From Nitrospirales bacterium (GTDB lineage: Bacteria; Nitrospirota; Nitrospiria; Nitrospirales; UBA8639): a stretch of DNA of 64,000 nucleotides. Location of the stretch: contig CBDCWC010000003.1 in NCBI GenBank assembly GCA_965223295.1, positions 352,001 through 416,000 of the forward strand. The letters are read 5' to 3'. The notes below the pieces were generated by a model that was not told where the DNA came from, ran no database searches, and saw only the letters and a program-made list of their open reading frames with translations. Below are positions 10,632 through 21,964 of the stretch, in pieces. The stretch's first letter is position 1. Each line of letters starts with the position of its first letter. The translations under genes were made by a program, and so were the position numbers.

Positions 10632-11387
10632 TTACTGAACGGTACCTTTATTGAAGTTCTTTCGATCATCGCCATAATCGGTGGCAATGGTTTTATCGGT
10701 TCGTTCATTAACAGTATCCGGTTGAGGAGCACATTGCCAGCATGGAGCAGCACCCGTCACAGTACCAATTTGGCTAATAATGCCAGAACCCACAGCACCC
10801 TCCTGCATCCCACCTTCAGGGACGCCCGTATAACCGGCGGTTCTGGTGTTAATTCCACGATATTTGTAAGGATTTGGACGTTGGCCTAGCCCACCACCAA
10901 AATCTTCATTGTCAGCTCCACCCAATGTTTGAGCTCCTTCCAATACATAAACCGTTCGGACCATTTTCTTACCGGTACCGAACTTTTGACGGTCATTAGT
11001 TTCATTCACAGCCTGGATAGAGACATAGTCTCCCTTTTTAACGGCCTTGAGGTTTTGCATGTTTGTCTTGCCATCAAACCACAATTCTTTCATGTTCAAG
11101 GATCCAGTTAAAGATTGACGCTCATCATGGGAACTTCCGCCCATATCGATGTATAACTTTCCTGATGGATAGTCAATCGCTACAATCTCGCCCATAATCG
11201 TCTCAGGTGCAGAGAGGTACCGTAACATGTCATCTTGATCCATAACCCTCGATCTGTCTCCAACACCCTGGGAGTCCCCGACTCCAGTGCCAAACCCGAC
11301 GTTTTGAGGCGCACGTTCTTGCGCACCTGCCACGCTCACAGAACCTGCAAGAATAATTGCTAATCCAAAATACCCTACCTTCCGCAT
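10632..11387 (-). CDS. Exported hypothetical protein
   Basis: Signal-peptide-like N-terminus (MRKVGYFGLAIILAGSVSVAGA), AGGAGG RBS, own terminator, CWQC near C-terminus. Confidence 0.75.
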   Translation of the reverse strand: MRKVGYFGLAIILAGSVSVAGAQERAPQNVGFGTGVGDSQGVGDRSRVMDQDDMLRYLSAPETIMGEIVAIDYPSGKLYIDMGGSSHDERQSLTGSLNMKELWFDGKTNMQNLKAVKKGDYVSIQAVNETNDRQKFGTGKKMVRTVYVLEGAQTLGGADNEDFGGGLGQRPNPYKYRGINTRTAGYTGVPEGGMQEGAVGSGIISQIGTVTGAAPCWQCAPQPDTVNERTDKTIATDYGDDRKNFNKGTVQ

Positions 11388-11586
11388 GTGGCTCCTCCTT
11401 GGAAGTGTGAGTGAATAATCAAAAAAACGATTTTAATATTTAAAAAATTTTCAGAGCTTTGTTCAGGGCGTTCACTATAGTCAAGGCCGATGCCCCTGTC
11501 AAGTCAGTTTCATCACTCTGACATTCCTTAAACCAACGAATTTTATCTTAAGTGAATAATCTTATTTTTTGCACCTAACCACCACC

Positions 11587-11673
11587 TGGTGCCCGGAGGG
11601 AGGGTCGAACTCCCACTCTCTTGCGAGAACCGGATTTTGAGTCCGGCGCGTCTGCCAGTTCCGCCATCCGGGC
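11587..11673 (-). tRNA. tRNA-Leu (CAA)
   Basis: Minus strand GCCCGGATGGCGGAACTGGCAGACGCGCCGGACT-CAA-AATCCGG...GTTCGACCC...CCGGGCACCA; long variable arm, CCA end. Confidence 0.95.
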
Positions 11674-11814
11674 AAAAAATATTGAAAGTCTACTTATATT
11701 TATCTTACTTGAGAGAACCAGTTTCTAACATGAACCTCAAAACAGGTCAAACAGCTGCCGCTCAGTTGCAACACCCTCTTTACCTTAGAGCGGTACATTC
11801 TATATGCATGCACC

Positions 11815-14052
11815 TTACCCGATGTTTCCCAGCGCTAATTTCTCACCCCATTTTCGAAAAAGTGTTGCTTTGAGATCCTGATGTTCCGGAGCGGCCAAAT
11901 CAGGATCACGTTGTAACAATTCGGCTGCACATTGCCTGGCTTCCATTAACAAAGACACATCCCGCGCCAAATCTGCAACACGGAAGGCGATTTCTCCCCA
12001 TTGCTTCACCCCTAAGACTTGCCCCGGCCCGCGAATTTTCAAATCTTCTTCTGCCAAGGCAAACCCGTCGCCACAATGTGCAAAGACGGCCAGCCTCCGC
12101 TTGGCCGTAGATGGAGAAACTGACTCCAAAACCATGGAAGAAGGCCGAGAGCCTATGCTCTGACGATCACTTCTTGAACGTTGCTCTACCGCCATCCGCA
12201 TTTGTTGGGTATAAGCAGGAATCCTGCCCAGTGAATGAATCAGCAAACAATGGCCTTGATGGCACCCCCGCCCCACCCTGCCTCGCAATTGATGGAGTTG
12301 AGCCAACCCAAAGCGTTCCGCATGTTCAATGAGCATCACCGTCGCATTGTGAACATCCAGTCCAACTTCAACTACCGTTGTAGCCACTAACACGTCAATG
12401 TCTTTTTGATGAAATTGCCCCATGACTGCCTGTTTTTCCCGGGAAGGAAGACGCCCATGCAACAACCCGACTCGAAAGGGAGAAAATTGCTCACGCAGAT
12501 CATCCACAGCTTCCATCGCGGCTTGCAAATCCACTTTTTCCGATGGCTCAACCAAAGGATACACCACAAAAGCTTGCCGCCCAGCTTCTAATTCGGTGCG
12601 CAATATGTGATGAGCTCGGCTGCGGTTTTTCGACTCAAACAACGTGGTCTGTACGGGTTTTTTCCCCGGAGGAAACTCATCGATCACAGAGACGTCCAAA
12701 TCCCCATACCACGTCATGGCTAATGTTCGAGGAATTGGCGTAGCCGTCATCACTAAAACATCGGGGCGCCACGAGGCTTTTTCTCGCAAACTCGCACGCT
12801 GCAGTACACCAAACTTATGTTGTTCATCCACAATCACTAACCCTAACTTGGCAAATTGAACATCCGGCTGTAACAACGCGTGGGTCCCCACGACCACATC
12901 CACAGCCCCGGACTGGATAGCCGCCAATGCTTCCGCCCGTTCCCCACTTGCTTGCCCGCCTTTCACAAGCACACCGGTGAGATTCAGGGCCTCAAAAAAG
13001 GGCTTCAAAGATAAAAAATGCTGTTCACTTAAGACTTCGGTAGGTGCCATCAACACGGCTTGGTAGCCGGATCCACATGCCATGACCATGGCATGCAATG
13101 CCACAATTGTCTTGCCACATCCCACATCCCCTTGCAGCAAACGATTCATGCACGTTCCACGACCCATATCTTGTGTAATCTCATCTATAACCCGACTCTG
13201 TGCCTCAGTTAAGAAAAAAGGCAAGATGTTCTTGAGTCGTTCGGTCAACGCATTTTGTCCTGAAAACGCTATGCCAGGTGCGCTGGTCACTTGACGATGC
13301 CGTTTCAACATGAGAGCCAGCTGCAGCAAGAGCAGTTCCTCAAAGGCCAAGCGCTTGTGCTCCATAGTCGCCTGCTGATTCAACAGAGTAATTAAACGGC
13401 TGGAATCAGGACCATGCAAGATGGGCAGAGCATCACATAAAGTCGGGAACCCCAGTCTTTGCCTCAGATCATCTGGCAGAATTTCTTCAATTTGGTTACG
13501 ATAATGATCAAATATTGATTGCATAATCCGACGAATTTGCTTCGAGCTCAATCCGTGTGTTTCATGATAGATCGGAACGATTTTGCCTCCCGCATTTCCT
13601 CCTATAGAATCTCCCTCATCGACATCCAAAATTTCATACTGGGGTCCTTTCATAAGCAATGGGATACTCTCCGTTGGATTCGAAACAACCGCACCGGTCA
13701 ATAACACAAAGACGCCTTCTCGAAAGGTATTTTCCAAATATGGCTGATTAAAAAACACACATTCCATATGGCCCGTCTCATCATGAACTCTCATCGTCAC
13801 CACAACGAGACGGCGGCGGGAGGTCATACTCACTCGACAATGTTCGACTCGCCCCCGAATAGTCGCCGTCATCCCTGGCAGTAAATTTCCAATAGGAAGA
13901 ACTTCCAGTCGATCATCGTAACGCCAGGGGACAAACCAACAGGCATCCTCCACAGTGAAAATGCCTAGTTTTTCCAATAAGCGAGCCCTTCGTGGACCCA
14001 CTCCTTTTGCAAATTGAATCGGGATATTCCAAAGAGGAGGCAGGGTCACCAT
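11815..14052 (-). CDS. recG: ATP-dependent DNA helicase RecG
   Basis: LLQGDVGCGKT, DEQH, MTATPIPRTL, QLRGRVGRG, DLKIRGPG. Confidence 0.96.
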   Translation of the reverse strand: MVTLPPLWNIPIQFAKGVGPRRARLLEKLGIFTVEDACWFVPWRYDDRLEVLPIGNLLPGMTATIRGRVEHCRVSMTSRRRLVVVTMRVHDETGHMECVFFNQPYLENTFREGVFVLLTGAVVSNPTESIPLLMKGPQYEILDVDEGDSIGGNAGGKIVPIYHETHGLSSKQIRRIMQSIFDHYRNQIEEILPDDLRQRLGFPTLCDALPILHGPDSSRLITLLNQQATMEHKRLAFEELLLLQLALMLKRHRQVTSAPGIAFSGQNALTERLKNILPFFLTEAQSRVIDEITQDMGRGTCMNRLLQGDVGCGKTIVALHAMVMACGSGYQAVLMAPTEVLSEQHFLSLKPFFEALNLTGVLVKGGQASGERAEALAAIQSGAVDVVVGTHALLQPDVQFAKLGLVIVDEQHKFGVLQRASLREKASWRPDVLVMTATPIPRTLAMTWYGDLDVSVIDEFPPGKKPVQTTLFESKNRSRAHHILRTELEAGRQAFVVYPLVEPSEKVDLQAAMEAVDDLREQFSPFRVGLLHGRLPSREKQAVMGQFHQKDIDVLVATTVVEVGLDVHNATVMLIEHAERFGLAQLHQLRGRVGRGCHQGHCLLIHSLGRIPAYTQQMRMAVEQRSRSDRQSIGSRPSSMVLESVSPSTAKRRLAVFAHCGDGFALAEEDLKIRGPGQVLGVKQWGEIAFRVADLARDVSLLMEARQCAAELLQRDPDLAAPEHQDLKATLFRKWGEKLALGNIG

Positions 14053-14291
14053 GACCAAAAAGGAAGGCGCTTACTCGATAAAATAGAAGTATTGACGTAT
14101 TTCATTTGTCTCAGTATCTCTTCCAGGATCTCTTCCCGACTATCTTCTCGATATGAATTCATCAAAAAATATAGAGGATTATCATCAAAGTTCTTTAATA
14201 TAGGGCACCTTGAGTGTACAATACCACTTGTGGTACGACAGTAAGGAATCTGACCGTCTATCCTTCCAGAAAATTTGTTAGGGAGTCTGTT

Positions 14292-14483
14292 ATGGCCTTT
14301 TCATGTGAAGTCTGTGGAAAAAATCGTCTTGTTGGAAACAATGTCAGTCATGCCAATAACCGCACGAAACGGATCTTTCGGCCAAATTTACGAACCGTTC
14401 GGGCGTTAGTTAAAGGTGTCGCCAAACGCATCAAAGTCTGCACTCGCTGTTTACGTTCAGGATTGGTGCAAAAAGCTGTCTAA
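14292..14483 (+). CDS. rpmB: 50S ribosomal protein L28
   Basis: [10 protein letters not shown]...[19 protein letters not shown]...CTRCLRSG. Confidence 0.96.
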   Translation: MAFSCEVCGKNRLVGNNVSHANNRTKRIFRPNLRTVRALVKGVAKRIKVCTRCLRSGLVQKAV

Positions 14484-14839
14484 TCAGGTGTAAACCCAGG
14501 GGTTAGTTAGTCAGTCGTTCAGCTTGATGAATGCTCCCACTTCTCCAACCTCTTCCCCTTCTTTTCCGCGACGCTATTTTTTACTGTATCATCATACTTT
14601 GAGCAGAACCCTTCTCCATTACCCACTGAACCGAACAAGCTGAATTTTCCATCATTCTTCTGGCCTTGTTTAATCCTTTTTCGACCCATTAAATACGCAT
14701 TGAAAAGGCTTTGTCTTTAGTGGAACCATGTGCTAGAGTATTTTTTTCAGTGGTACTCTCTGAGTATTTGCAACAAGTAAAAGTTTTCGCAGGATGCGGA
14801 AGAATTGATTATTCATGAGATGCAAAAGGAGTTGCGGCT

Positions 14840-15562
14840 ATGAACATCTCAAGCATTCCAAAGAATTCCCTAGCGATTGCTCTGGCAGCCGCTTTCTTGA
14901 CGGCTCCAACCTTCTCCTTCGCCATAACAGTTACTGATGTTGATGGAAGTTGGCAAAATCCGAATGGCGGAACTGCCATAACATTCAACCCTACTGGCGA
15001 TCAAATTCGATGGGGCACACCAGCTACAGCTGCTGGAAAAAGCGGCTTTAATTTTAACGCGGCATCGGGCGACCTAGTTGTCGATCCTAATGAACAATTT
15101 GTTCTCGGCACGTTTGACCATGTTAATAATCCTGTTTTTGGTAGCGGCCCAAGCCAGGTGGACCTTGAGGTGAACTTCAATATTGTTGGAGCTGATTCTT
15201 CCCCTAATACAGCATTGTTCCAGTTCGAATTCACCGAGACCCTCAATGGTGCCAATCCTTGCGCAATCCCAGGCACAGTAAGTCCTTGCCCGGACTTGGT
15301 TGGATTTTCGAACAATGGAGTATCCGAGAGCGTGGTCAACATTGGTGGCACGAATTTTGACCTTCAAATTCTTGGTTTTCAAGTAGATGGAAATCTGGTA
15401 GAAGAGTTTGTTACCGCTGAAAATGCAACCAACACTGCGCCTTTGCTAGCGCGATTTGTCCAATCTCAATCAACAATTCCTGAACCCGGTACCGTCATAT
15501 TATTTGGAACGGGTTTAGCTGGATTGGCAATCTGGCGTATACGACAAACAAAGAAAACATAA
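14840..15562 (+). CDS. PEP-CTERM exosortase substrate (THxN/choice-of-anchor-K-like surface protein)
   Basis: Signal peptide; FDHVNNPV; C-terminal IPEPGTVILFGTGLAGLAIWRIRQ. Confidence 0.85.
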   Translation: MNISSIPKNSLAIALAAAFLTAPTFSFAITVTDVDGSWQNPNGGTAITFNPTGDQIRWGTPATAAGKSGFNFNAASGDLVVDPNEQFVLGTFDHVNNPVFGSGPSQVDLEVNFNIVGADSSPNTALFQFEFTETLNGANPCAIPGTVSPCPDLVGFSNNGVSESVVNIGGTNFDLQILGFQVDGNLVEEFVTAENATNTAPLLARFVQSQSTIPEPGTVILFGTGLAGLAIWRIRQTKKT

Positions 15563-15586
15563 GCCACTTTCAGATTTTTGGCACCC

Positions 15587-15628
15587 AAAACCCTGGTGCC
15601 CCTTCATGGGGTCCAGGGTTTTGTTTTA
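15587..15628 (+). terminator. Intrinsic terminator
   Basis: AAAACCCTGG...CCAGGGTTTTGTTTT hairpin plus T tract. Confidence 0.7.
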
Positions 15629-15670
15629 TCGGCTTGCCTCTAAACATCGGTTCATTTATATCCTCTAGTT

Positions 15671-17242
15671 GTGCGATCAAACTATCTTATACGTCTTTTT
15701 GCGGTCTGCCTCACCGGATTATTGCATCCACTCTGTTTCCCACATTTTGATCTAGAATGGCTGGCCTGGATCGTTCTGGTTCCACTCCATTTGGGACTAA
15801 CCGGATTACCCTCAGGAAAATCCTTTCAGTATGGCTGGCTGGCTGGCACAATTGCGTTTACCGGAACTATCTCATGGGTCATCACCGCCATGAACCAATT
15901 TGGACAGGTACCTTGGGTGATCAGCGCTCTATTGATGCTGCTGTTGGCAACCTATCTTGGAATTTTTATTGGCGTCTATGCCTGGGGTTACCAGCAATTG
16001 CACAAAGACTATTCAAGGTGGATCTGGCTAAGCGCACCTTCCTTGTGGGTTTCCCTGGAATATGCACGAACATATGTCCTAAGCGGGTTCCCATGGACTC
16101 TCCTGGGCTATTCACAATATCAATGGCTTCCGGTCATTCAATTCTCAGACCTGACCGGAGTCTATGGCGTCTCATTTTTACTCGTCATGGGTAATGTCGC
16201 AGTCACATCAATGGCCAAGTGGATGTGGAGCCAAAAATCAGGGCATTCAGCTTCCTTTCCCTGGCAAGCAACCCTGGGATTTCTCGTAATCCTGAGTGCC
16301 GCGTTTGGCTATGGACATTGGCAGATAAATCAGCAAGCCATCATAGATCAATCAGTCAAATCGTTAGCCATGGGACTCATCCAGCCCAATATTTTACAAG
16401 ATAAAAAATGGGATACCGCCTACATCGACGAAACCTTGACACGTTATACCTCCTTGAGCCTACAGGCAGGACAACAGCTTGATCTCCTCATTTGGCCGGA
16501 AGCCGCAACCCCATTTTTCTTTGAAAAAGAAAAAGGCTATCAACAGACGATTCTGTCTCTTCTTCAACAAACACAAAGCCCGTTGTTATTCGGTAGTCCC
16601 ACCCTTCGGTTTGAATCAGACGGTACCCCTTACCTGCTCAATAGTGCATACGTGTTATCTCCAGACAAAATGATGATCGGACGATACGACAAGCGTCATC
16701 TTGTTCCATTTGGCGAATATATTCCATTCAAGTCGTTGTTATTTTTCTTGGAGAAGCTCGTCGTGGGCATTGGCGATTTCAAGCCTGGCCAAGGTTCGAT
16801 GACCCTTTCCTTTTCTGATTCATCCGAAAATACCCAACCGTTATTCGCTGTTCCCATTTGCTACGAAATCATTTTTCCCGATCTCGTACGGCAGATGGCT
16901 CAGGAAGGCGCCAACTTCCTCGTCACCATCACTAACGATGCGTGGTTCGGCGACTCCGCCGCACCCTACCAACATTTTTCGATGGCCGTTTTTCGTGCCG
17001 TGGAAAATCATCTTGCCGTGGCACGCGCAGCCAACACCGGCATTTCCGGATTCATTGGCACAGATGGCCGCATTCTGGCAAAGACCCCGATCTTCACGCA
17101 GCAGGCCATCACAGGCTCCATTCCACTTCGTTCGTCAGGACCCACATTTTATACGCAGTATGGTGATGTCTTTAGTTGGGGTTGTGTTATACTGGTGGGA
17201 TTCTTGTTACTCAGGTGCTATAGGTCAAACATCACTTCCTAG
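15671..17242 (+). CDS. lnt: Apolipoprotein N-acyltransferase
   Basis: GFPW, WPEAA, YDKRHLVPFGEYIP, ICYE, TNDAWFG, RAANTGIS. Confidence 0.95.
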   Translation: MRSNYLIRLFAVCLTGLLHPLCFPHFDLEWLAWIVLVPLHLGLTGLPSGKSFQYGWLAGTIAFTGTISWVITAMNQFGQVPWVISALLMLLLATYLGIFIGVYAWGYQQLHKDYSRWIWLSAPSLWVSLEYARTYVLSGFPWTLLGYSQYQWLPVIQFSDLTGVYGVSFLLVMGNVAVTSMAKWMWSQKSGHSASFPWQATLGFLVILSAAFGYGHWQINQQAIIDQSVKSLAMGLIQPNILQDKKWDTAYIDETLTRYTSLSLQAGQQLDLLIWPEAATPFFFEKEKGYQQTILSLLQQTQSPLLFGSPTLRFESDGTPYLLNSAYVLSPDKMMIGRYDKRHLVPFGEYIPFKSLLFFLEKLVVGIGDFKPGQGSMTLSFSDSSENTQPLFAVPICYEIIFPDLVRQMAQEGANFLVTITNDAWFGDSAAPYQHFSMAVFRAVENHLAVARAANTGISGFIGTDGRILAKTPIFTQQAITGSIPLRSSGPTFYTQYGDVFSWGCVILVGFLLLRCYRSNITS

Positions 17243-17289
17243 ACCCACAAAGCGACAAGTCGCTAAACATAACGAGAGGAACACCACAG

Positions 17290-18403
17290 ATGCTCGAAGA
17301 CATTCGAAACCGTATGGATAAGATTAATGCGCACATCCTCGACTTTCGGAGGTATCTTTGACCTCCCTCGCCTGACAACCGAACTCGACGAAATTCAGCA
17401 AGAGACCTCCCAACCGGAGTTTTGGAATGACCCTCAACATGCCGCCAAGATCGGCCGCCGTCAAGCTGAACTAGAAAGTCAGATCCATCGACTTGAGAAA
17501 CTTGAACAACAACGCGACGATCTTCTGGCTATTCAAGAGTTGATTGGGCAACAAGGCGACCCAGAACTTGAAGCTGAGTGGACACTGGGAATTGAAGCAA
17601 TTGAAGGCTCACTCGAAACCTGGCGTCTTGAAAAGCTCTTATCGGAAAAGCATGATCGCAACAATGCTATTCTTTCCATTAACCCTGGGGCTGGTGGAAC
17701 TGAATCTCAAGATTGGGCACAGATGCTCATGCGCATGTATATGCGGTGGGCACAAGAACGAGAGTTCAAAGTGGACACCATCGATTTACAGCCTGGCGAT
17801 GAGGCCGGGATCAAAAGTGCGACGCTTGGTATCGCTGGACCACTCGCGTATGGGTATTTACGTGCAGAGGCAGGGGTTCATCGCCTCGTCCGCATTTCGC
17901 CTTTTGATGCGAATAAACGCCGACATACCTCCTTTGCTGCCGTCGGAGTATACCCGGAATTAGATGATGACATCGAGATTGCCATCGATGATAAAGATTT
18001 ACGAATTGACACGTTCCGCGCCGGCGGCGCCGGTGGTCAAAACGTCAATAAAGTTGAAACAGCCATTCGCATGACTCATATTCCTACAGGTATCGTCGTT
18101 CAATGCCAAAATCAACGGTCCCAGTTACAAAACCGAATTGGCGCCATGCGGGTGATGAAAGCAAAGCTCTATGAAGTCGAGCAACAAAAAAAGGATGAGG
18201 AATTCCAAAATATTGTGGGCGAAAAGAAAGATATCGCCTGGGGTAGTCAGATTCGATCTTATGTCTTTCAGCCTTATCAAATGGTAAAGGATCATCGCAC
18301 GAATCATGAATCAGGCAATTTGGCAGCTGTCATGGATGGCGGCCTTGATCCGTTTATTGAAGCCTATCTCACCATGAAAGCTTCGAATACTCCCCAACAA
18401 TGA
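17290..18403 (+). CDS. prfB: Peptide chain release factor 2 with programmed +1 frameshift
   Basis: ATG 17290, 23 codons, then CTT TGA C at 17356-17362 preceded by GGAGGT; second frame has SPF and GGQ motifs. Confidence 0.96.
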
Positions 18404-18481
18404 CCTTCATAAGCACAACTTTTATTCGGACAACCCCACTCTCCCATATCCAGACGAGAACGACGAGAACTTTGGTGCGCC

Positions 18482-19969
18482 ATGGATGAAATCAACGAAC
18501 AACAGCAACAACGGCTGGACAAATTGCGCCTTCTTCAAGAAAAGGGGGTCCGGCCTTTCGGGACAAGTTTTTCTACGACCCATACCGTGGAAATGATTGT
18601 GCAGACCTATTCATCCTTACCCAAAGAAGAATTGGAGGCCACGCCAGTTTCATGTACCATTGCTGGACGCATTACAGCCATGCGCCGTTTCGGCAAAGCG
18701 GCATTTATGGGAATTCAGGAGGAAGGACATCGTCTACAAATCTATCTCAAAAAAGATGTCCTAGGAGATCAGGCTTATGAACTCTGCCAACATTTGGACT
18801 TAGGCGATTGGATTGGGACTGAAGGCCAACTCTTCCGAACAAAAACTGACGAACTCACCGTTGAAGTACGTACTCTCACTTTTCTTACAAAAGGCTTACG
18901 CCCACTTCCAGAGAAATGGCATGGACTGACTGATATTGAAACCCGTTACCGCCAACGCTATGTCGATCTGATTGCCAATCCTACTGTGCATCAGGTCTTT
19001 CGAACACGCAGTCGTATCATTTCGACCATACGGGCATTTCTGACAGATCGAGGATTTCTGGAAGTGGAAACACCGATGATGCATCCTATTCCAGGAGGCG
19101 CAACAGCTCGTCCCTTTGTCACACACCATAATACCCTTGATGTTGACCTCTATCTGCGCGTCGCTCCAGAACTGTACCTCAAACGTCTCATTGTGGGTGG
19201 ATTTCGTCGGGTGTTCGAAATCAATCGAAATTTCCGCAATGAAGGCATATCCACTATTCACAATCCTGAATTTACGATGTTGGAATTTTATCAGGCCTAT
19301 GCAGATTTTCATGACCTAATGGACCTCACAGAACAACTCTTTCATCAATTAGCCATGAATGTCCGTGGAAACTTAACTCTTGATTACCAAGGACAAGCGA
19401 TAAATCTGGAGCCTCCGTGGTCGCGCCTCTCCTATTTCGATTCCATTGTAAAAGTTAATAACTTGGATACGGCTGTCCTCTCGAATCATGACGCAGCACG
19501 GGACGCTGCCAAAACTTTGGGCGTCACGGTCCAACCCAAATCCAGTCACGTTGATCTTCTCATCTACCTCTTTGAAGAAACCGTAGAACCAACTCTCATT
19601 CAACCAACATTTATTACAGATTTCCCAATCGAAATTTCTCCATTGGCACGCCAGAACGAATCAAATCCTTCGCTGACTGACCGCTTTGAACTCTTCATTG
19701 GTGGACGAGAACTGGCCAACGGCTTCTCAGAGTTAAATGACCCGATCGATCAACGGAAACGATTTGAAGCACAGGTGGCCCTTCGTGATGCGGGTGATGA
19801 AGAAGCACAGTTTTTTGATGAAGACTTCGTCCGCGCGCTGGAATATGGTATGCCGCCCACAGCGGGCGAAGGTATTGGAATTGACCGGCTCGTTATGCTG
19901 CTAACCAACCAAGCCTCTATCCGGGATGTCATTCTCTTTCCTCAATTGCGGCCGGACCATACCTCGTGA
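18482..19969 (+). CDS. lysS: Lysyl-tRNA synthetase (class II)
   Basis: YRQRYVDL, GGATARPF, HNPEFTMLEFY, GMPPTAGEGIGIDRL. Confidence 0.97.
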   Translation: MDEINEQQQQRLDKLRLLQEKGVRPFGTSFSTTHTVEMIVQTYSSLPKEELEATPVSCTIAGRITAMRRFGKAAFMGIQEEGHRLQIYLKKDVLGDQAYELCQHLDLGDWIGTEGQLFRTKTDELTVEVRTLTFLTKGLRPLPEKWHGLTDIETRYRQRYVDLIANPTVHQVFRTRSRIISTIRAFLTDRGFLEVETPMMHPIPGGATARPFVTHHNTLDVDLYLRVAPELYLKRLIVGGFRRVFEINRNFRNEGISTIHNPEFTMLEFYQAYADFHDLMDLTEQLFHQLAMNVRGNLTLDYQGQAINLEPPWSRLSYFDSIVKVNNLDTAVLSNHDAARDAAKTLGVTVQPKSSHVDLLIYLFEETVEPTLIQPTFITDFPIEISPLARQNESNPSLTDRFELFIGGRELANGFSELNDPIDQRKRFEAQVALRDAGDEEAQFFDEDFVRALEYGMPPTAGEGIGIDRLVMLLTNQASIRDVILFPQLRPDHTS

Positions 19970-21249
19970 CCTTGCCCTATGAAATGATGATCGGCCTGCG
20001 ATACCTGAGGGCCAAGCGGCGGCAGCGCACAATTTCACTTAACACATTTATCTCTATCGCCGGAATTACCTTAGGCGTGGCCGCACTCATTGGCACCTTG
20101 GGCATTATGACCGGATTCAAAGAAGATCTCCAATCAAAAATTCTTGGCACAACCGCTCATATCATCGTACAAGAGCGCGGCATCAATGCGATGAAAGACT
20201 ATCTAACCCTCATACAACAAATCGAAGAGACCCCAGACGTGGTCGCTGCCGCCCCCTTCATTTTCAAACAAGTCCTGATCTCTTCCAAAAACAGCGTACA
20301 AGGCGTTATCCTACGCGGCATTCAACCTGATCGAGAAATTCACGTCACCGATCTGCAAGCCAATATGAAGTTTGGCGATTTAGCGGGCTTGGAAGATCCA
20401 TCACTCGTTCCACCTGAACGTGGTCGTTCTTTGTCAGGGCAAGACCCAACACCTCCCAAAAATCGTCCAGGCATCATTCTGGGCAAAGAATTGTCGCTCC
20501 GGCTGGGTGTGTTTATCGGAGACCCCATTAATGTCGTTTCTCCAGTCGGGCCCATCAAATCATTTACCATGACACCTAAGATTCGACCCTTTACGGTGGT
20601 GGGCATCTTCGAATCAGGCATGTTTGAGTATGACTCATCTCTTTCCTACATCAGTTTAGAAGAAGCACAGAAATTTTTCGGTCTTGGAAAGTCGGTGACC
20701 GGCATTCAAGTGAAGGTCAATGATGTCTTCAAGGCAGAGAAAATTGGGCATCGTTTGGAAGCCACACTCGGCATGGATTTTATGGCACGCGATTGGATGC
20801 AACTGAATCGTAATTTATTTTCAGCCCTAAAACTCGAAAAGACTATGATGTTCCTCCTCTTGGTGCTCATTACCCTCGTGGCATCATTTAATATCGTGGG
20901 CACATTGACGATGATCGTCAACGAGAAACAACGGGAGATTGCCATCCTCAAGGCCATGGGCGCGACACCTCAATCCATTATGCGAATTTTCATGGTCAAT
21001 GGATTGGTCATAGGATTGGTCGGAACCGGAATCGGTGTTCCGCTTGGCTATTCCTTTTTATGGCTGATACAAAACTATTGGACCTTCGATGCCTCGGTCT
21101 ATTACATTTCTCGCATTCCAGTTCATATCCTTCCCTTGGATGTGATTTTGGTCGCTGCCTCGGCTATTCTCATCAGTTTTGCCGCCACATTTTACCCCTC
21201 ATGGCAAGCCGCCAAACTCGATCCCGTCAGCGCACTGCGTTATGAATAA
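19966..21249 (+). CDS. lolE: Lipoprotein-releasing ABC permease LolC/E
   Basis: IGLRYLRAKR, GITLGVAALI, REIAILKAMGA, DPVSALRYE. Confidence 0.88.
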   Translation: MTLPYEMMIGLRYLRAKRRQRTISLNTFISIAGITLGVAALIGTLGIMTGFKEDLQSKILGTTAHIIVQERGINAMKDYLTLIQQIEETPDVVAAAPFIFKQVLISSKNSVQGVILRGIQPDREIHVTDLQANMKFGDLAGLEDPSLVPPERGRSLSGQDPTPPKNRPGIILGKELSLRLGVFIGDPINVVSPVGPIKSFTMTPKIRPFTVVGIFESGMFEYDSSLSYISLEEAQKFFGLGKSVTGIQVKVNDVFKAEKIGHRLEATLGMDFMARDWMQLNRNLFSALKLEKTMMFLLLVLITLVASFNIVGTLTMIVNEKQREIAILKAMGATPQSIMRIFMVNGLVIGLVGTGIGVPLGYSFLWLIQNYWTFDASVYYISRIPVHILPLDVILVAASAILISFAATFYPSWQAAKLDPVSALRYE

Positions 21250-21964
21250 TACTGAATCTTCTCCAACAGATGCACCAGCACCCCTCGTTTTGGTCGACAA
21301 CCTTCAACGATCCTTCACCATGGGACAACAAACCGTGCATGTCCTCAATGGCATCACGATGACTATTCAACGGGGAGAAATGGCCGCCATTATCGGCGCA
21401 TCCGGAGCAGGAAAAAGTACGCTGCTCCATATTCTGGGCACACTGGATCACCCGACCGAAGGAACGGTGTTGTTTGAAGGGAAAGACATGTTTCGGGTCA
21501 GCGAAACAGCGTTAGCCAATTTTCGCAATCAACGAATTGGATTTGTGTTTCAATTTCATCACCTGCTCCCAGAATTTACAGCCCTTGAAAACACCTATCT
21601 CCCTGCCTTGATTCAAAAAATACCTCAACAGACAGCCATGGAAGCCGCTGAAGCTCTTCTAGCGGAGGTGGGGTTATCTCATCGCTTACATCATAAACCC
21701 GGTGAACTATCAGGTGGGGAACAACAACGCGTGGCGGTGGCACGTGCGCTCATGAGACAACCCGACTTGGTCCTCGCCGACGAACCGACCGGAAATTTAG
21801 ACACGCATACCGGCGAGGAACTCTTCGAATTGTTACAAAAGTTAAATGAGACACACGGAACCGCGTTTATCATCGTGACCCACAATGAAAAACTCTCCCA
21901 GCAAACCCATCGCTTGATCCATCTCCAGGACGGCCAAATTCTCGAAGACCGCTACCGCTCTTGA
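21242..21964 (+). CDS. lolD: Lipoprotein-releasing ABC ATPase
   Basis: GASGAGKST, GFVFQFHHLLPEF, LSGGEQQR, ADEPTGNLD. Confidence 0.93.
   Translation: MNNTESSPTDAPAPLVLVDNLQRSFTMGQQTVHVLNGITMTIQRGEMAAIIGASGAGKSTLLHILGTLDHPTEGTVLFEGKDMFRVSETALANFRNQRIGFVFQFHHLLPEFTALENTYLPALIQKIPQQTAMEAAEALLAEVGLSHRLHHKPGELSGGEQQRVAVARALMRQPDLVLADEPTGNLDTHTGEELFELLQKLNETHGTAFIIVTHNEKLSQQTHRLIHLQDGQILEDRYRS

Noticed and set aside
11589-11873. 94-aa ORF MPGGRVELPL...
   Set aside because: Antisense reading of tRNA-Leu
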